DNA from: Moniliella sp. 'wahieum'
Lineage: Eukaryota
NCBI GenBank assembly: GCA_003971905.1
Contig: RSEE01000007.1
Coordinates: forward strand, 744,001-808,000
Direction of reading: 5' to 3'
DNA length: 64,000 nucleotides
In this document: piece after piece, positions 48,409 through 59,752 of the stretch
Layout of the letters: each line of letters begins with the position of its first letter
Numbering within the stretch: position 1 is the stretch's first letter
Position numbers and translations under genes: made by a program
Notes under the pieces: model-generated
Database searches by the model: none
The model's input: the letters and a program-made list of their open reading frames with translations, nothing else
Told to the model about the DNA's origin: nothing

Positions 48409-51400
48409 GAACTCGCGGGCAACCAGGACATCCAGTCTCGTCACGACTCGGGCGCGGATCCTAGCATCTGGAAGGATCTCAGGGTATTCAAAACCCTCAA
48501 GCCCAGCAACCGCTCAATCGAAATCGCTGATGGAAAACATATTAAAGCCAGTGGACGCGGAACATGTAGCATCGGTATCAAGTGTACCGACGGCAAATGT
48601 ATCCATGTAGACCTACCCGGCAGTCTATACGTCCCCGGCATAGCAAGCAATCTCACGAGCGTAGCGCAAATAAGTGACGCAGGCCACGCATCCTGGTTCG
48701 CCCCCCACCGAAAAGGTATCTGGTTAAATGACAAGCATGGCAAATATCACCAAATCGCGGATTCCTCATACAAGCTGAACATCGTCCCGAAACCGACACC
48801 CACAAACGAACACGCGGCCAAAGCTGCCGTCGCCACCCAACACACCGCAGCCAACACCATCGAGCACGTCATGTACGTTCACCAACAGTACAACCACGCC
48901 GCGCTAGACCTACTCCCGACACTAACCGCCAACGCGCGAGCGAGCCTCCGCGTCAGCCCTGCCCAAATCCGACGCATCCGCCCCTTCTGGCATTGTCCCA
49001 CCTGCACAAAAGCTCTGGCCAAAGCGCCCAGCCACCCTTCGCGCCACGGCCGCCGCATTTCGGAACGTCCTTTCGAAGTACTGCACGCCGACGTAGTCGA
49101 CCTCCCTCGCATCACTGGCATGGGACATGGATACGCCCTGGTCGCGGTTGATGACTGGAGCCGTTACACCTTCGCTGTTCCCCTAAAGACGAAAGGACAA
49201 GCCACGGCGGAGCTGAAAAAACTCATCACCCGCGAGCAACGCATCGGAAAGGACCGTCTGCTTCGCATCTTGAAGACAGACAATGCCCCCGAGCTCACCA
49301 GCGCACTCCGTCCGTTCCTTGAATCCGAAGGTATCACGACGGAAACCACCATACCAGGCCAAAGTCAATCAAATGGGGTGGCCGAGCGAGCCATCCAGGC
49401 AATCACCACACGCGCGCGCCAACTCATCATCGCCTCGGGCCTCCCGACATCAAACTGGTGGCAGGATGCCTTGCTGGCAGGGTGCTGGACGCACAACCTC
49501 ATGCCACCGACATCTCCACGCCAGGGCACACAATCTCGGGCTGAGCTGTACAAGGGGTCACCCCCACCGCTGCCAATGCACGCCTTCGGATCCTTGGCGT
49601 ACCTTCACCTGGCCCAGGACCAACGTGACCATAAGCTCAGTCCGCGGGCTGTCGAAGCCATGCTCGTCGGGTACGACGCAGGTCGAGGTACAAAGGGTTG
49701 GCGCTGGGCTGTGTACGACCCGTCCATGGGCACGTTCCGATCCCAATGGGCAAAACCATACAAGTGGACCCAGCGCCAATACCACGAGGTTTTCCCCGAC
49801 CGCTTTCCGCCTGACGTATCTCGCTTCCCCGCTCAACCCCTGCCTGACAGAACTATGACTGACACTGAAACCAAAAAGGGAGAAGAAAAAATGAACAAAA
49901 TTGAAGTTGCAAATCCCAACACACCACCGAGAATCAACACTGATACTGACGCGACCATCGCAAGACAAAACGACACCCATCCAACCACCCCCACCACCAG
50001 ACGGTACCCCGCCCGGACCCACCAGCGCCGTTTTGACCTTGACTGGGCACAGCTCCCCGTAGCGGACGACCCTCATGATGGTGACTTCCACGCACACGCT
50101 GCCGCGCTGCCTCCGGTTCCCCTCCCTGACGGTAGTCGTAGTCCTGCGATCGGCCTACGCTTCCCACTGCCCGACACTGCCCTGCCCGCGTACAGCGACG
50201 GTCTCCATCCGCCTGAATACAAGGCGATGATCGCCCTTAGCGAGCCAGGGCCGCACGAGCGCATCCAGCTCACCAAGGACGGAGTACCTGTTGCACCCAA
50301 GACAATGAAGGGCCTCCAATCACACCCCTCATTCGAACCAGTGCTGGAGGCGATGCGCACGGAAATCGACACCCTAGCCCGCTACGGCACATTCGAAGTC
50401 GTCACGCCCCCTCCAGACGCAGCTGCTGATTGGTCTATGGCGCATCAACACCAAAACGGACGCGGACGGAAATTTCCTACGCTACCGAGCCCGTCTCGTT
50501 GCCGGGGGCCACCAGCAGGATGCTGACACATGGGGACAAACATTCGCCCCTGCCGTGCGCACTCCTGCCATCCTCAGCCTTATCGCCCTTGCTGGAAAGT
50601 TCGGCCTCCACCTCTTCACTGCTGATGTGCACTCTGCCTATTTGAACGCTCCCCTCACGGAAAAAGTGTACCTCCGCCCACCCCCATTCTTTCCCGAGGA
50701 AAAAGGCAAGGTCTGGCGTCTCCGGAAAAGCCTATATGGCCTCCACCAATCCGGCGCAAACTGGGCGGTATTCATCCGTGACTTGCTCCGCGGAGACATG
50801 GGTTTTTACAATCTCTGGCTGAGCCGTGCTTGTTCATCCGACCCCGTAAAGGCGACACGGTCCTCCTTGCCGTGCACACCGACGATCTTCTCATCGCCTG
50901 CACGTCTCACGCACGCTACGATTCCTTCCTCACTGAGATCAACACCCATATCGAGGTGCGGGGAAACGGCCCCCTACACTACCATCTTGGCTGCCAGTAC
51001 GACACCATAAACGGGAAACTGTACCTTAGCCAGCCAAAATTCATTGAGGAATCCATTGCCAAACATGAGGTTCCGCCACCCCTGGTTATGGGCCTCCCCC
51101 ACCCCAGCAAGATGATCCCCGCGCGCACCGACCCCAACCGCCCGCACTGCCCGCCGAGAGACGCGACTATCAAGCCAAAGTAGGATCTGGGCTGTGGGCT
51201 GCCCGCATGTGCCGCCCTGATGCGCTGTTCGGCATCTCAGCTCTAAGCCGAGCAACTGCCGATCCCTCCAAGGCCCACCGCGCTGCGGCAACAAACTTCC
51301 TCCGCTACCTCTACGGTACCAAGGGCTACGGTCTCCGACTAACACCCGAGCCTAACGCACCCGCTCTCGCGCTATACACGGATGCCGACCTGGCTGGAGA

Positions 51401-51881
51401 CCCTGACCAATGGCGTTCCACGTCGGGATGCCTGCTTTTCGTCTACGGGGTTCCAGTGTCCTGGAGGAGCGTGCGTCAACCCAAGAGCGTCACCAACACT
51501 GCTGCGGCCGAATATACGGCGGGATATGAGGGCCTCATTGATGCGAACTACGTTAAAAACATCTTACTGGAGCTCGGTGCCATCACCTCAGACGAGCCCA
51601 TACACTGGTACTGCGACAACATGGCGGCACTTGCCTTGGCCGAAAAAGTGGGCAGCACGGGCAAACTACGTGAGCTGAACATCCGGTACCACAACGTACG
51701 CCAGCATGTCGACTCGGGCGAAGTCAAAATCGCGCACATTGCTGGAAACGAGAACCCGGCCGACATCCTCACCAAACCAGCCACTAAGGTCTCACTCCTG
51801 GCCAACTTGCCTCGCCTCAAGCTTGAGGACGTTACAACCTTCCATCGTACCACTGAGACCTCTGGCCAGCGGGGGTGTTGA
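48409..51881 (+). CDS. pol: Pol: protease, integrase, reverse transcriptase, RNase H (RT part frameshifted in the assembly)
   Basis: PR DSGA, IADG, LYVPG..SNL.SV; IN HQQYNH..CPTC, LHAD, KTDN, NGVAER, GTKGW; RT DVHSAYLNA, KSLYGLHQSG, HTDD; RNase H YTDADLAGD, AEY, CDN, ADILTK; stop codon inside the 3' LTR. Confidence 0.95.
51868..51875 (+). other. Short polypurine tract (AGCGGGGG)
   Basis: Immediately precedes the 3' LTR TG. Confidence 0.7.
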
Positions 51882-52085
51882 CCACCAGTGGTCTAGAGCC
51901 CATCGGCCTTCAGTGACACGTGGCCCGATCCACACAGTGCACCGGGGCAGTGAGTTCCGACCCTTCCACGGGTTTCCACTGGCCTCCAGGCCAGGAGCCT
52001 ATCAAGGCCCATAGCTCTAGCTCTCCTTAGCTCTTGAATGCCATCTCCATCGACCATCGCCAGCATCGCTAGCTAGGCTGTGACA
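51876..52085 (+). repeat. 3' LTR (210 bp)
   Basis: TGTTGACC...TGTGACA followed by the TTCAG duplication. Confidence 0.97.
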
Positions 52086-52714
52086 TTCAGCGTAAAAAGC
52101 CAGCGCCTCAGCCCATCTTCCATCGTCCTGCCGCACCACAGGCCAGGCACAGGGCTGGGGGGGCTATAGGCTGGGCTAGGCCGTTCGGCCTTCGGAGAGT
52201 GCTGGTGATCTAGTGATTGACAAGGTCGAACTTGGGTGGCGCGGTTGCACCAAGCAGGCTCACGCGCTCACGTTCAGCAGGCCCACAGCCCCCCTGAGAA
52301 CAGTGGAGAGCAGTGGCTGCGATCGTTGCTTGGCATCGGGGGGAGCCGGGAGAAGGAGGCCAAGGCGAGGGTGGCTGCAATGGCTGATGGGATGGACGGT
52401 CGATGACCTCATCAACCTACCTCCTCGAGCGCCTCATTCAAATTCACCGGTCACTGGTCACCGGTCGCCCTGCCGCAGCTCACGTGTCACACACCCAAAC
52501 TGCCCTGGCCTGGAATTTCCGATTCGTGAGCTGGGAGCGTGAAGCGTGACGCGTGATCCGAATTGCCTTACGCAAACTACGTTTGAAATGTGACCTTGGC
52601 ATCCCCAGCCCCCCTTTTCTGGCACAAACTTTTTCTGGTGCGAGCGAGCGAGCAACCAACCCCAGGCAGCCCCCGGACCCCCCAATCGACAATCGTTCTT
52701 CAGAGGGGTGGCCT

Positions 52715-52995
52715 TGATGCATGATGCATGATGCACGATGCATGACTAGCATGACTGCTGAGTCTCAGATCTCAGCTACAAGTCGGGGTGCCCTTGCTTC
52801 GAGAACCCCCTCCCCCCGCTGGTTGGATTTTTTTAGTGTTTACGTTCCAAGCTGTAACACTGTTATAGCATGCACTACCAGGTGGCGGAATCCTGCACGC
52901 TCACGTCACGTGTCACGTGCCATGATGCATGATGCATGATGCATGAAGGTGGCCGCGTGACGCGTGACGCGTCGTAACGCGTAACGCGTAACGCG
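52715..52995. repeat. Cluster of heptamer arrays (TGATGCA)n, (TGACGCG)n, (TAACGCG)n
   Basis: Direct reading at 52715-52749 and 52923-52995. Confidence 0.9.
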
Positions 52996-53294
52996 CAAAA
53001 CGCGTCACCGTGGCGTCGTTGCGGCGCGCAGGTACTGCTTGCAGCTGCTTCATCTATGTGGCCCCGAAAAGCCCGGATTGTAGATGAATCGATGAGGGCG
53101 TTACCATAAGCTTGTAATGAAATGTTCACAAATGAACCCTTTAAGCTTTACTTTGATCCTGGCCGGCTTGTTCACGCGGCCGCTGGCAATAGGGTTGCGG
53201 GGTACAGTACCCCCGGTAGCACTGGCTGGCCATGCATGCAGTCTGACCATCTCAGATCTCACCACCGCCGCTTTTCCCTCTGGCCCAGGCCGCC

Positions 53295-55300
53295 ATGGCC
53301 AGTCTGCCGTACGAGGTGTGTCTGCAGATTGGCGCGACAGGCATCCTCAGTGCCAGCGACCTGGCCCGTGTGGCAGTGGTGTGCCAAGGTGCGTGTGTGC
53401 TTGGGTTGGGTTAGGAATCGGGTGCGCCACCCTGCTGGGAGCGCTGAGCCTGAGGCCTCAACTCAGGGGTCAGGCTGAACAGCCAGGCTGACGTGCGTGC
53501 TCTGTGCTGGCCAGGCTGGCATGCCGTGATCCTCGACGACACGCTGTGGCACACGCTCGCGCTCCGCTGGCAGCTTGCCGCTCCGACCCAGACGTTGGCC
53601 GATGCGCAGCAGCTGACCCGCTTCCGGACATGGCGCCATTTGGTCCTGTACCACGACCTGGTCGAGCAGCATGGGCTTTGATCTGACCAACACCCCTGTT
53701 GCCCGCGCTCGCCTCATCGCACCCCAGACCCACCTGTGGCCCAGCTTTTACCCCGCCAGTCTTCCTTCGCCCGGCGAGTTTGATGATGGCTCGTGGATCC
53801 GCACCTCGGTTCCCGCTGCGTACGAGGACACGGTTTGGTCGGACCACGATCCTGTTCCGCTCGCGCTGTCGGTCGTAGGGCCCCGTTCACATGTCCTCTC
53901 CCATCTCCCCAACAGGCGGGACACGATCGTGCTCTCCCACCCGAAAGGATACATTGCGCTCGCGCCTCGCAGCCGGCGCGCGCGCCCAGCACTACCTTCT
54001 ACCGCTTGGAAACGTACCTGTCCCCGGACCGGCTCGGCCGCTCGCCCCGCCCAGGCCAGTTTGCCAAACTCGCCACGTTCCCATTTGCTGTGGGGAGGCA
54101 TACGTTTGCCCCGCCCCTCTTGGCAAGGTGCGTTGCCAACCCCTCCCCCCTATGTCTGCTGGGTTGCAGCCACTGAACCGTTGGACTAGATGGACCGGGA
54201 AAGAAGTCCGCATCTATAATGTCGAAACTGGCGAGCAGGTCCAGACGACCGAGGTGGCCTCCCCCTCGGATTTGCGCAGGTTCTCGTACGTTCTCTTCTT
54301 GCGTTCTCGACTGTGGCAAGGAGAGGCTAACGAAGATTCAGGTATCGCAGCGTGCGCAACCCATGCTTTGATGGTACCTATCTCTTTTTTTCCGCGTTAG
54401 GGGAGGATGAGAGGTACGATACGTTTGCCGTCAACGCGTTCACAGGTGCGCCCATCTGGAGCTTAGGGCATGGCATGGTGCACCCTGACGGCCGTCCTCG
54501 GGGCAAATGCCATTGACGCAACAGATTGAATTTACTTTCCAAGCGAAGGATCCTGTCGCTTTGGTTGAACGAGTGGCCACGTTGGACAAAGTACGTCGTC
54601 TCCTCTTGTTGCTTCCAGGATGGGGATTAACATTGTGGTTTCCCCAGAGTCCTCGTACACTATGTGACTTTGTCTCGCTCGACCCACCAAGCCAGACGCT
54701 GGTAATCAGCTTTGGCAAGGGCAACACCACCGTGTTGTTCAAAAACTACCCTTCCTTCTTTCGCACTGGCCAAGGTGGCTTTGTGGCGTACGTTTCCGGC
54801 CTGACGCTGGGCGTGTATGGAAGCCAAGGAAAACGATTGGGGAATGGTCGTCTGTTAGTTCGCAACTGTCTTTTCTCCTGGCAGCATGCGCGTTGTCCTC
54901 TGCAAATTCGCCTTGTCCACCTCCGCCCGCCCGAGGGGGTGCAGGTGGACGATGCACCGCGAAACCTGTTTCTTAACCGCACCAGGCCGTCGCGCAGCTG
55001 TACTCGTACCCGACCTGGTCAGGGCGCGTGCCAGCCGGGTGGGTTTCCTGGTCCTGGTCCGATCGCGCGTTGCAGCAATTGGGCCTGCCTCCCATCACAC
55101 CCACCTCGGGCGGACATCAACCCGAGCCCGCGAGAACCAGGCCAGCTCGACCGCCTGCACCGGACCGGCTCCCGTTGTCGCCACCTTCAACGCCGGTCCC
55201 TGCGCCCTGCCTTGGACCCACCTCTCCGCCCATCACCTCTGACGATCTGGACGACCTGTTGTCTTGCTGACGTTTGTTGTTGCCCCGCTGCTGGCGTGGT
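53295..55300 (+). CDS. F-box domain protein, paralog of the gene at 8371-10816
   Basis: MASLPYEVCLQIGATGILSASDLARVAVVCK /intron/ GWHAVILDDTLW..TWRHLVLYHDL. The 3' end is uncertain. Confidence 0.7.
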
Positions 55301-55434
55301 AAACCGTACCCCACGTCATGTCCTCTCTTCCCCACATGCACCCATTTGTCTCCATCAACCACTGCCATGCCATGCCATACCATGCCATACCATACCACCA
55401 TGCCCTTCTAACCGAAGCTGTCATATCTTACCGT

Positions 55435-55813
55435 TCATTCCCCACGTCCCGCCTGGTTGCGTGCTAGCCTAGTTTCTTTCCGGTTCTTCTTGGCGTTCAA
55501 CCGATCTTGGCGTTCAAGAGCCTTTTCGCGCTTGGCGCGCGCCGCGACCGAGGACAGCGAGCCGCGTTTCCGATTGGCACCTTTCTTCTTGGCTTGCTGC
55601 ACACTGCTCGTCCATGCTTCGGACGTGGACGTGGGCTTGGGCTTGGGCTGGGCCTCGGCCTGGGCAGCGTCGGCCTCGATGATCGGGTGGGGCGCAGGTT
55701 GCTTGCGCTCCGCGCCTGAGAGAGCGGAGAGGAAGAGAGGCAACAGACGGTCAGACGGGGAGGAGGCGGGCGGGAGGAGGGGACGTACGGGTGAGCTTGC
55801 CAGCTTTGGGCAT
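55435..55813 (-). CDS. Small basic protein, possibly Alb1/Ecm1-like ribosome biogenesis factor
   Basis: MPKAGK start with a probable intron; K/R-rich tail AKREKALERQDRLNAKKNRKETR resembles Alb1-family C-termini. The family call is tentative. Confidence 0.5.
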
Positions 55814-56243
55814 GGTGGGGTGGTGAGGAGCAACCAGGCGAGGGTGAGCACGACGGTACGGGAGCCAATCAGTGTGGCTGCCTAGCTAGCCAGCAGCTAG
55901 CAGCTACTAACCAGCCACTGCCGGAGGGGGAGATGGCTAGAAAAAAATATAGCGGACACTGCTGACCTCAGCCAGGGCACGTGACCTCCCTTTGGCTCGG
56001 GGCTCGGGGCGGAGCAAGCGGAATTAGTAATGCGCAGGCGGGCGGGACTAGGCAGTGACTAGTGACTAGTGGATGTAGGCGGCAGCGGTTAATGAGGCAG
56101 GCGAAGCGCCCGAAGGCACTGGAAGAAGCCCGGCGTGGGAAGAGTCCAGAAGGGTACGTGGCCCGCCTGCTTATAAAAAACCCCCACCACCCCGCCCCGC
56201 CCCCGCCTCACTCCGCACCCCTCCACCGTCCAACTTGCTCACC

Positions 56244-56806
56244 ATGCCCCGCGGCGGCCGCTCCAGCTCTCGCCCCTCGCCCTCCTCGCGCATGCCCTCG
56301 GGCTCCCGCAGCGCCTCTACCCAGGCCTACCACCCGCCCCGCAGCACATGCCCCGCCCCCCGCCCCGCACCAGGCTGCGCCACCTCCGATGGCCCAGCCC
56401 AGCATGGGCGGCGGCGGTCTGTTTGCCAACATGGCCTCCACCGCGGCCGGTGTCGCGGTCGGGTCCACGGTTGGCCACGGCTGAGCAACATGCTCTTTGG
56501 TGGCTCCTCTTCTTCGGAGCCGGCGCCTGCCCCCCAGCAGGAGCAACAGCCCGCCGCGTGGGCCCAGGGCTACAATGCCCAAGACGCCACCAAGGGCGCT
56601 GCGTGCGAAGCGCAGTCTAAAGGTGCGTACTCCCCTGATTGATTTGGATTTGGAGTGGATTGGCCCGTGCGAATGGCAATCGCTAACTGTCTGCCCGGTT
56701 AGATCTCCTGCGCTGCTTTGAGGCGACCAACAACGACACGAACGCCTGTGCGTACTACTTGGAACAACTCAAGGCATGCTCAGCCGCGGCTCAGTCCTTT
56801 GCTTAG
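56244..56806 (+). CDS. MIX17: CHCHD2/CHCHD10-like mitochondrial twin CX9C protein
   Basis: GLFANMASTAAGVAVGSTVGHG; CEAQSK/DLLRC..CAYYLEQLKAC; TATAAAA at 56172. Confidence 0.93.
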
Positions 56807-57084
56807 ACCCTGGTTGGGCCTTGTTCCCTGTTACCCACTGGGACGGTGCGCTGTAGGCCCGGCTCGGCGCCTTGACTAGCCCCGTTCCCTCGCCACTCTT
56901 AAGCTCGGTAATATCACTGCTTGTCATATGGCCACTCTGCTCTGCCTGCGTGAATAGCTAGCAGCTTCCTATCTCAAGGGGAGAGGGGGAGAAGGCAACC
57001 AAACGTAGGAAAGTAAATGTGGATGGAGATAGGGTGGCGTCCCCATCAAGGAAGAGGTTTCTCCTGCCGCAAGGGAGAGGAATA

Positions 57085-57935
57085 TCAAAGGAGCTTGTCG
57101 TAGGTGACGCCGCCTGGTGAAAGGTTAGACCGAGCTAGGAAGACAAGGGAAACCAGGAACCCAACGTACGTAACGATCGACCACTGAGGCAAGCTCGGGC
57201 ATCCTTGCAAACGCTTTCCTGTCGCGACGCAGTGCCTCGGCGGCATCTATCAGATAGTCAGCGGAGGCGCTCCTGAAGAAGGAGGGGGGGGGGGGCGTAC
57301 CCTTATTCAACGGGTCGTCGGCATTGGGCTCGAGGAAGAGGAACTGGAGTCCGACCATTACGCCATTGAGGTTCAGAACGGGGTTCCAGTCCTCACGCAG
57401 GATGTTGAGGCAGATGTTGCCCTCGAGATCGATGTTGGGATGGTAGATCTTGTTGGCGCACTTGACCTTGGGCGCTTGGTGGGGGTAGTTGGTCGAGATG
57501 GTAAAGTCAAACTCGAAGGTAGCGTCCTTGTAAATGCCTGGGGGAAACGAGTGCGTCAGAGCCACGCACAGGGCCAAACGGCGCCAAGAGAGGGGAACCT
57601 ACCTTCGTCGGGAGTGATGAAGAGCTTAAAGTGCATCAGGTCAGCCGGGTCCGGAAACACGGTTCGCATTGTCGGGGGCAGATCCAGCTCAGAAACATCT
57701 GGCGGCAGCCGAGGGCAGAGGGAGACGTCAGTAAGTCTTGATTAGGACAGCAAGGATACGAGCGGGAGGGGGGGGATACATACCCTTCTGCGCACGCAGC
57801 TGTGCTGGCGAGGTCTTGGCACTCTTCTTCTTGGCCTCCTCCTTGGCCTTCAGCTGCCAAATCTGCCGGCGGACAAGGGGAAGGGGGTCAGCAACCGGAG
57901 GCTTGGCGAGGGCCAGGAGTGACGCACATCATCAT
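57085..57935 (-). CDS. UBC12: NEDD8-conjugating enzyme
   Basis: [60 protein letters not shown]; multiple introns. Confidence 0.95.
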
Positions 57936-58389
57936 GGTGGGCAAGGGGGGGGGGGTGGTATCAAGCGCAAGGAACGGCGTAGGCGTGGTGGTGTTGAAGG
58001 ACGCGGAGGCCAAGTGGCTGTCCTATTGCCCTTTCAGCGCCGCCCGGAGTGTTACTGGCGTCGAACGTTGAACGTTGACGACGCCTAAGCACCACTTTCC
58101 ACCAACCATCTCTCCCTCAGGGGGCTCGCAGCCTCACAGGCCACATGACCCGTTTGTCCATGTGGATCTGACGTAAGAGAAACGAACACACACTCGCTGA
58201 TGTTTCAACGTTCACTTTTCATCGATTCAGTATCCAACGGTCAGCTGGACATTGCCACAGCCGCCCAGACCATCGCCCCCAGTCATCGATTATTGATCAG
58301 CGACCATCAATCCCATCATTAATCATCCCATCCACCAGCCCGACTCGGCGCTACCCAGCTCCCGCAACTTGCACCCCGCCCCAACTGTC

Positions 58390-59415
58390 ATGGCCGATCC
58401 TGCCGTCCGCACCTTCCCGCCCCTCCGCGGCACGCGCAGCGCCATCGTCACCGGGGGGTCGCAGGGCATTGGCCGCTCCACTGCCGAGGCACTGGCGTTG
58501 GATGGATGGAACGTGCTCATTTCCGGCCGGCGGTTGGAAGCGCTCGAGTCGGTGGTGAAGAGCATTACTGCACGTGTGCGGCAGGAGGCGCCCGAGGCCG
58601 GGGGGCAGGTAAGACTGTACATGGGCGACATGGGGCAGGAAGGGGCAGTGACGAATATGTTTGCGCGGGCGGAGGAGCTGTTTGGGCATATTGATCTCAT
58701 TTATCAATGCGGGCATTGGGGCTCCGGCAGTGCCGATCCAAGAGTTGAGCTTTGAGCAGTGGACGAACGTGGTCCATGTCAACCTGAATGGCGGTATGGG
58801 GCGCGGTGCTGCGTCTGCTCCGTGTTTGTTTTGTTTGGTGCATACAGCTCACTCCGAATAGCCTTTCTCTGTAGCCGGGAGGCGTTCCGCTACATGGACG
58901 GCTCCAAGGGTACCAAGGGTGGACGCATCATCCTCAACGGTTCGATCAGCTCCAAGGTCCCACGTCCTCACTCTTCTGCCTGTCTGTTTTCCCCGCTCCG
59001 TATCTTTCGCTTCGTCTCAGCAGTCCATATACCTACTAACCCTCTCCCCATCAGACACTGCCACCAAGCATGCCATCACCGGCCTGACCAAATCCCTTGC
59101 GCTGGACGGGCGCAAGTACAGTGTGTTCCCCTCCTTTGCTATGGGATGAGGTAAGATCAATGTCTAACCTACAGTGCCGCAGATATTGCCGTGTCCCAAA
59201 TCGACATTGGCAATGCCAGTTCGTCCATGACGAAGCGCATGTCGGGCACGGGGGTGCTCCAAGCGGATGGGGTGACAGTCAAGACCGAACCTGTGTTTGA
59301 CCGTGAATTTGTTGCAAAGGAGATTGTCCACATTGCCAACCTACCCTTGTCGGTCAACATTCAGGAGGTGACCATCATGGCTACCAACATGCCTAGCTAC
59401 GTCGGGCGCGGTTGA
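58390..59415 (+). CDS. Short-chain dehydrogenase/reductase
   Basis: TGGSQGIG, INAG, GGRIILNGSISS..PRPHS, TKHAITGLTKSLALDGR, QIDIGNA, MATNMPSYVGRG. Confidence 0.92.
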
Positions 59416-59752
59416 ACTCTAGTTGCACGACTATGTGCTTCGAGGCAACTTGCACTACATGCCGTCTATCCTCCCATCTTCACTTTGAATCAATCACTTT
59501 GATTTATACGCAGCGTACATAACGGCAGTGCTTACTCACACCCTCGCCTTCACCACACTCGACGTCTTCGTTTGCACAGCCGCCCGCCTTCTCGCAAGAA
59601 GCCAAGGGTACAGTGAGTGCCACATGGCCCTCTGCCTCTGCATGTAAGAAAGCAAGCGGGGCCGCCCTGACATCCACACAAGATCCCAGAACGGACTACC
59701 CCATATGTCGTACGTGTGATGCATATTCATTTGTGGTTGTGCTTGGCCCGAA

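Larger units (their letters stand above)
46819..52085 (+). mobile_element. Full-length Ty1/copia LTR retrotransposon (5.27 kb)
   Basis: TG...CA LTRs, 5-bp target-site duplication TTCAG (46814-46818 and 52086-52090), domain order Gag-PR-IN-RT-RNaseH. Confidence 0.98.
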
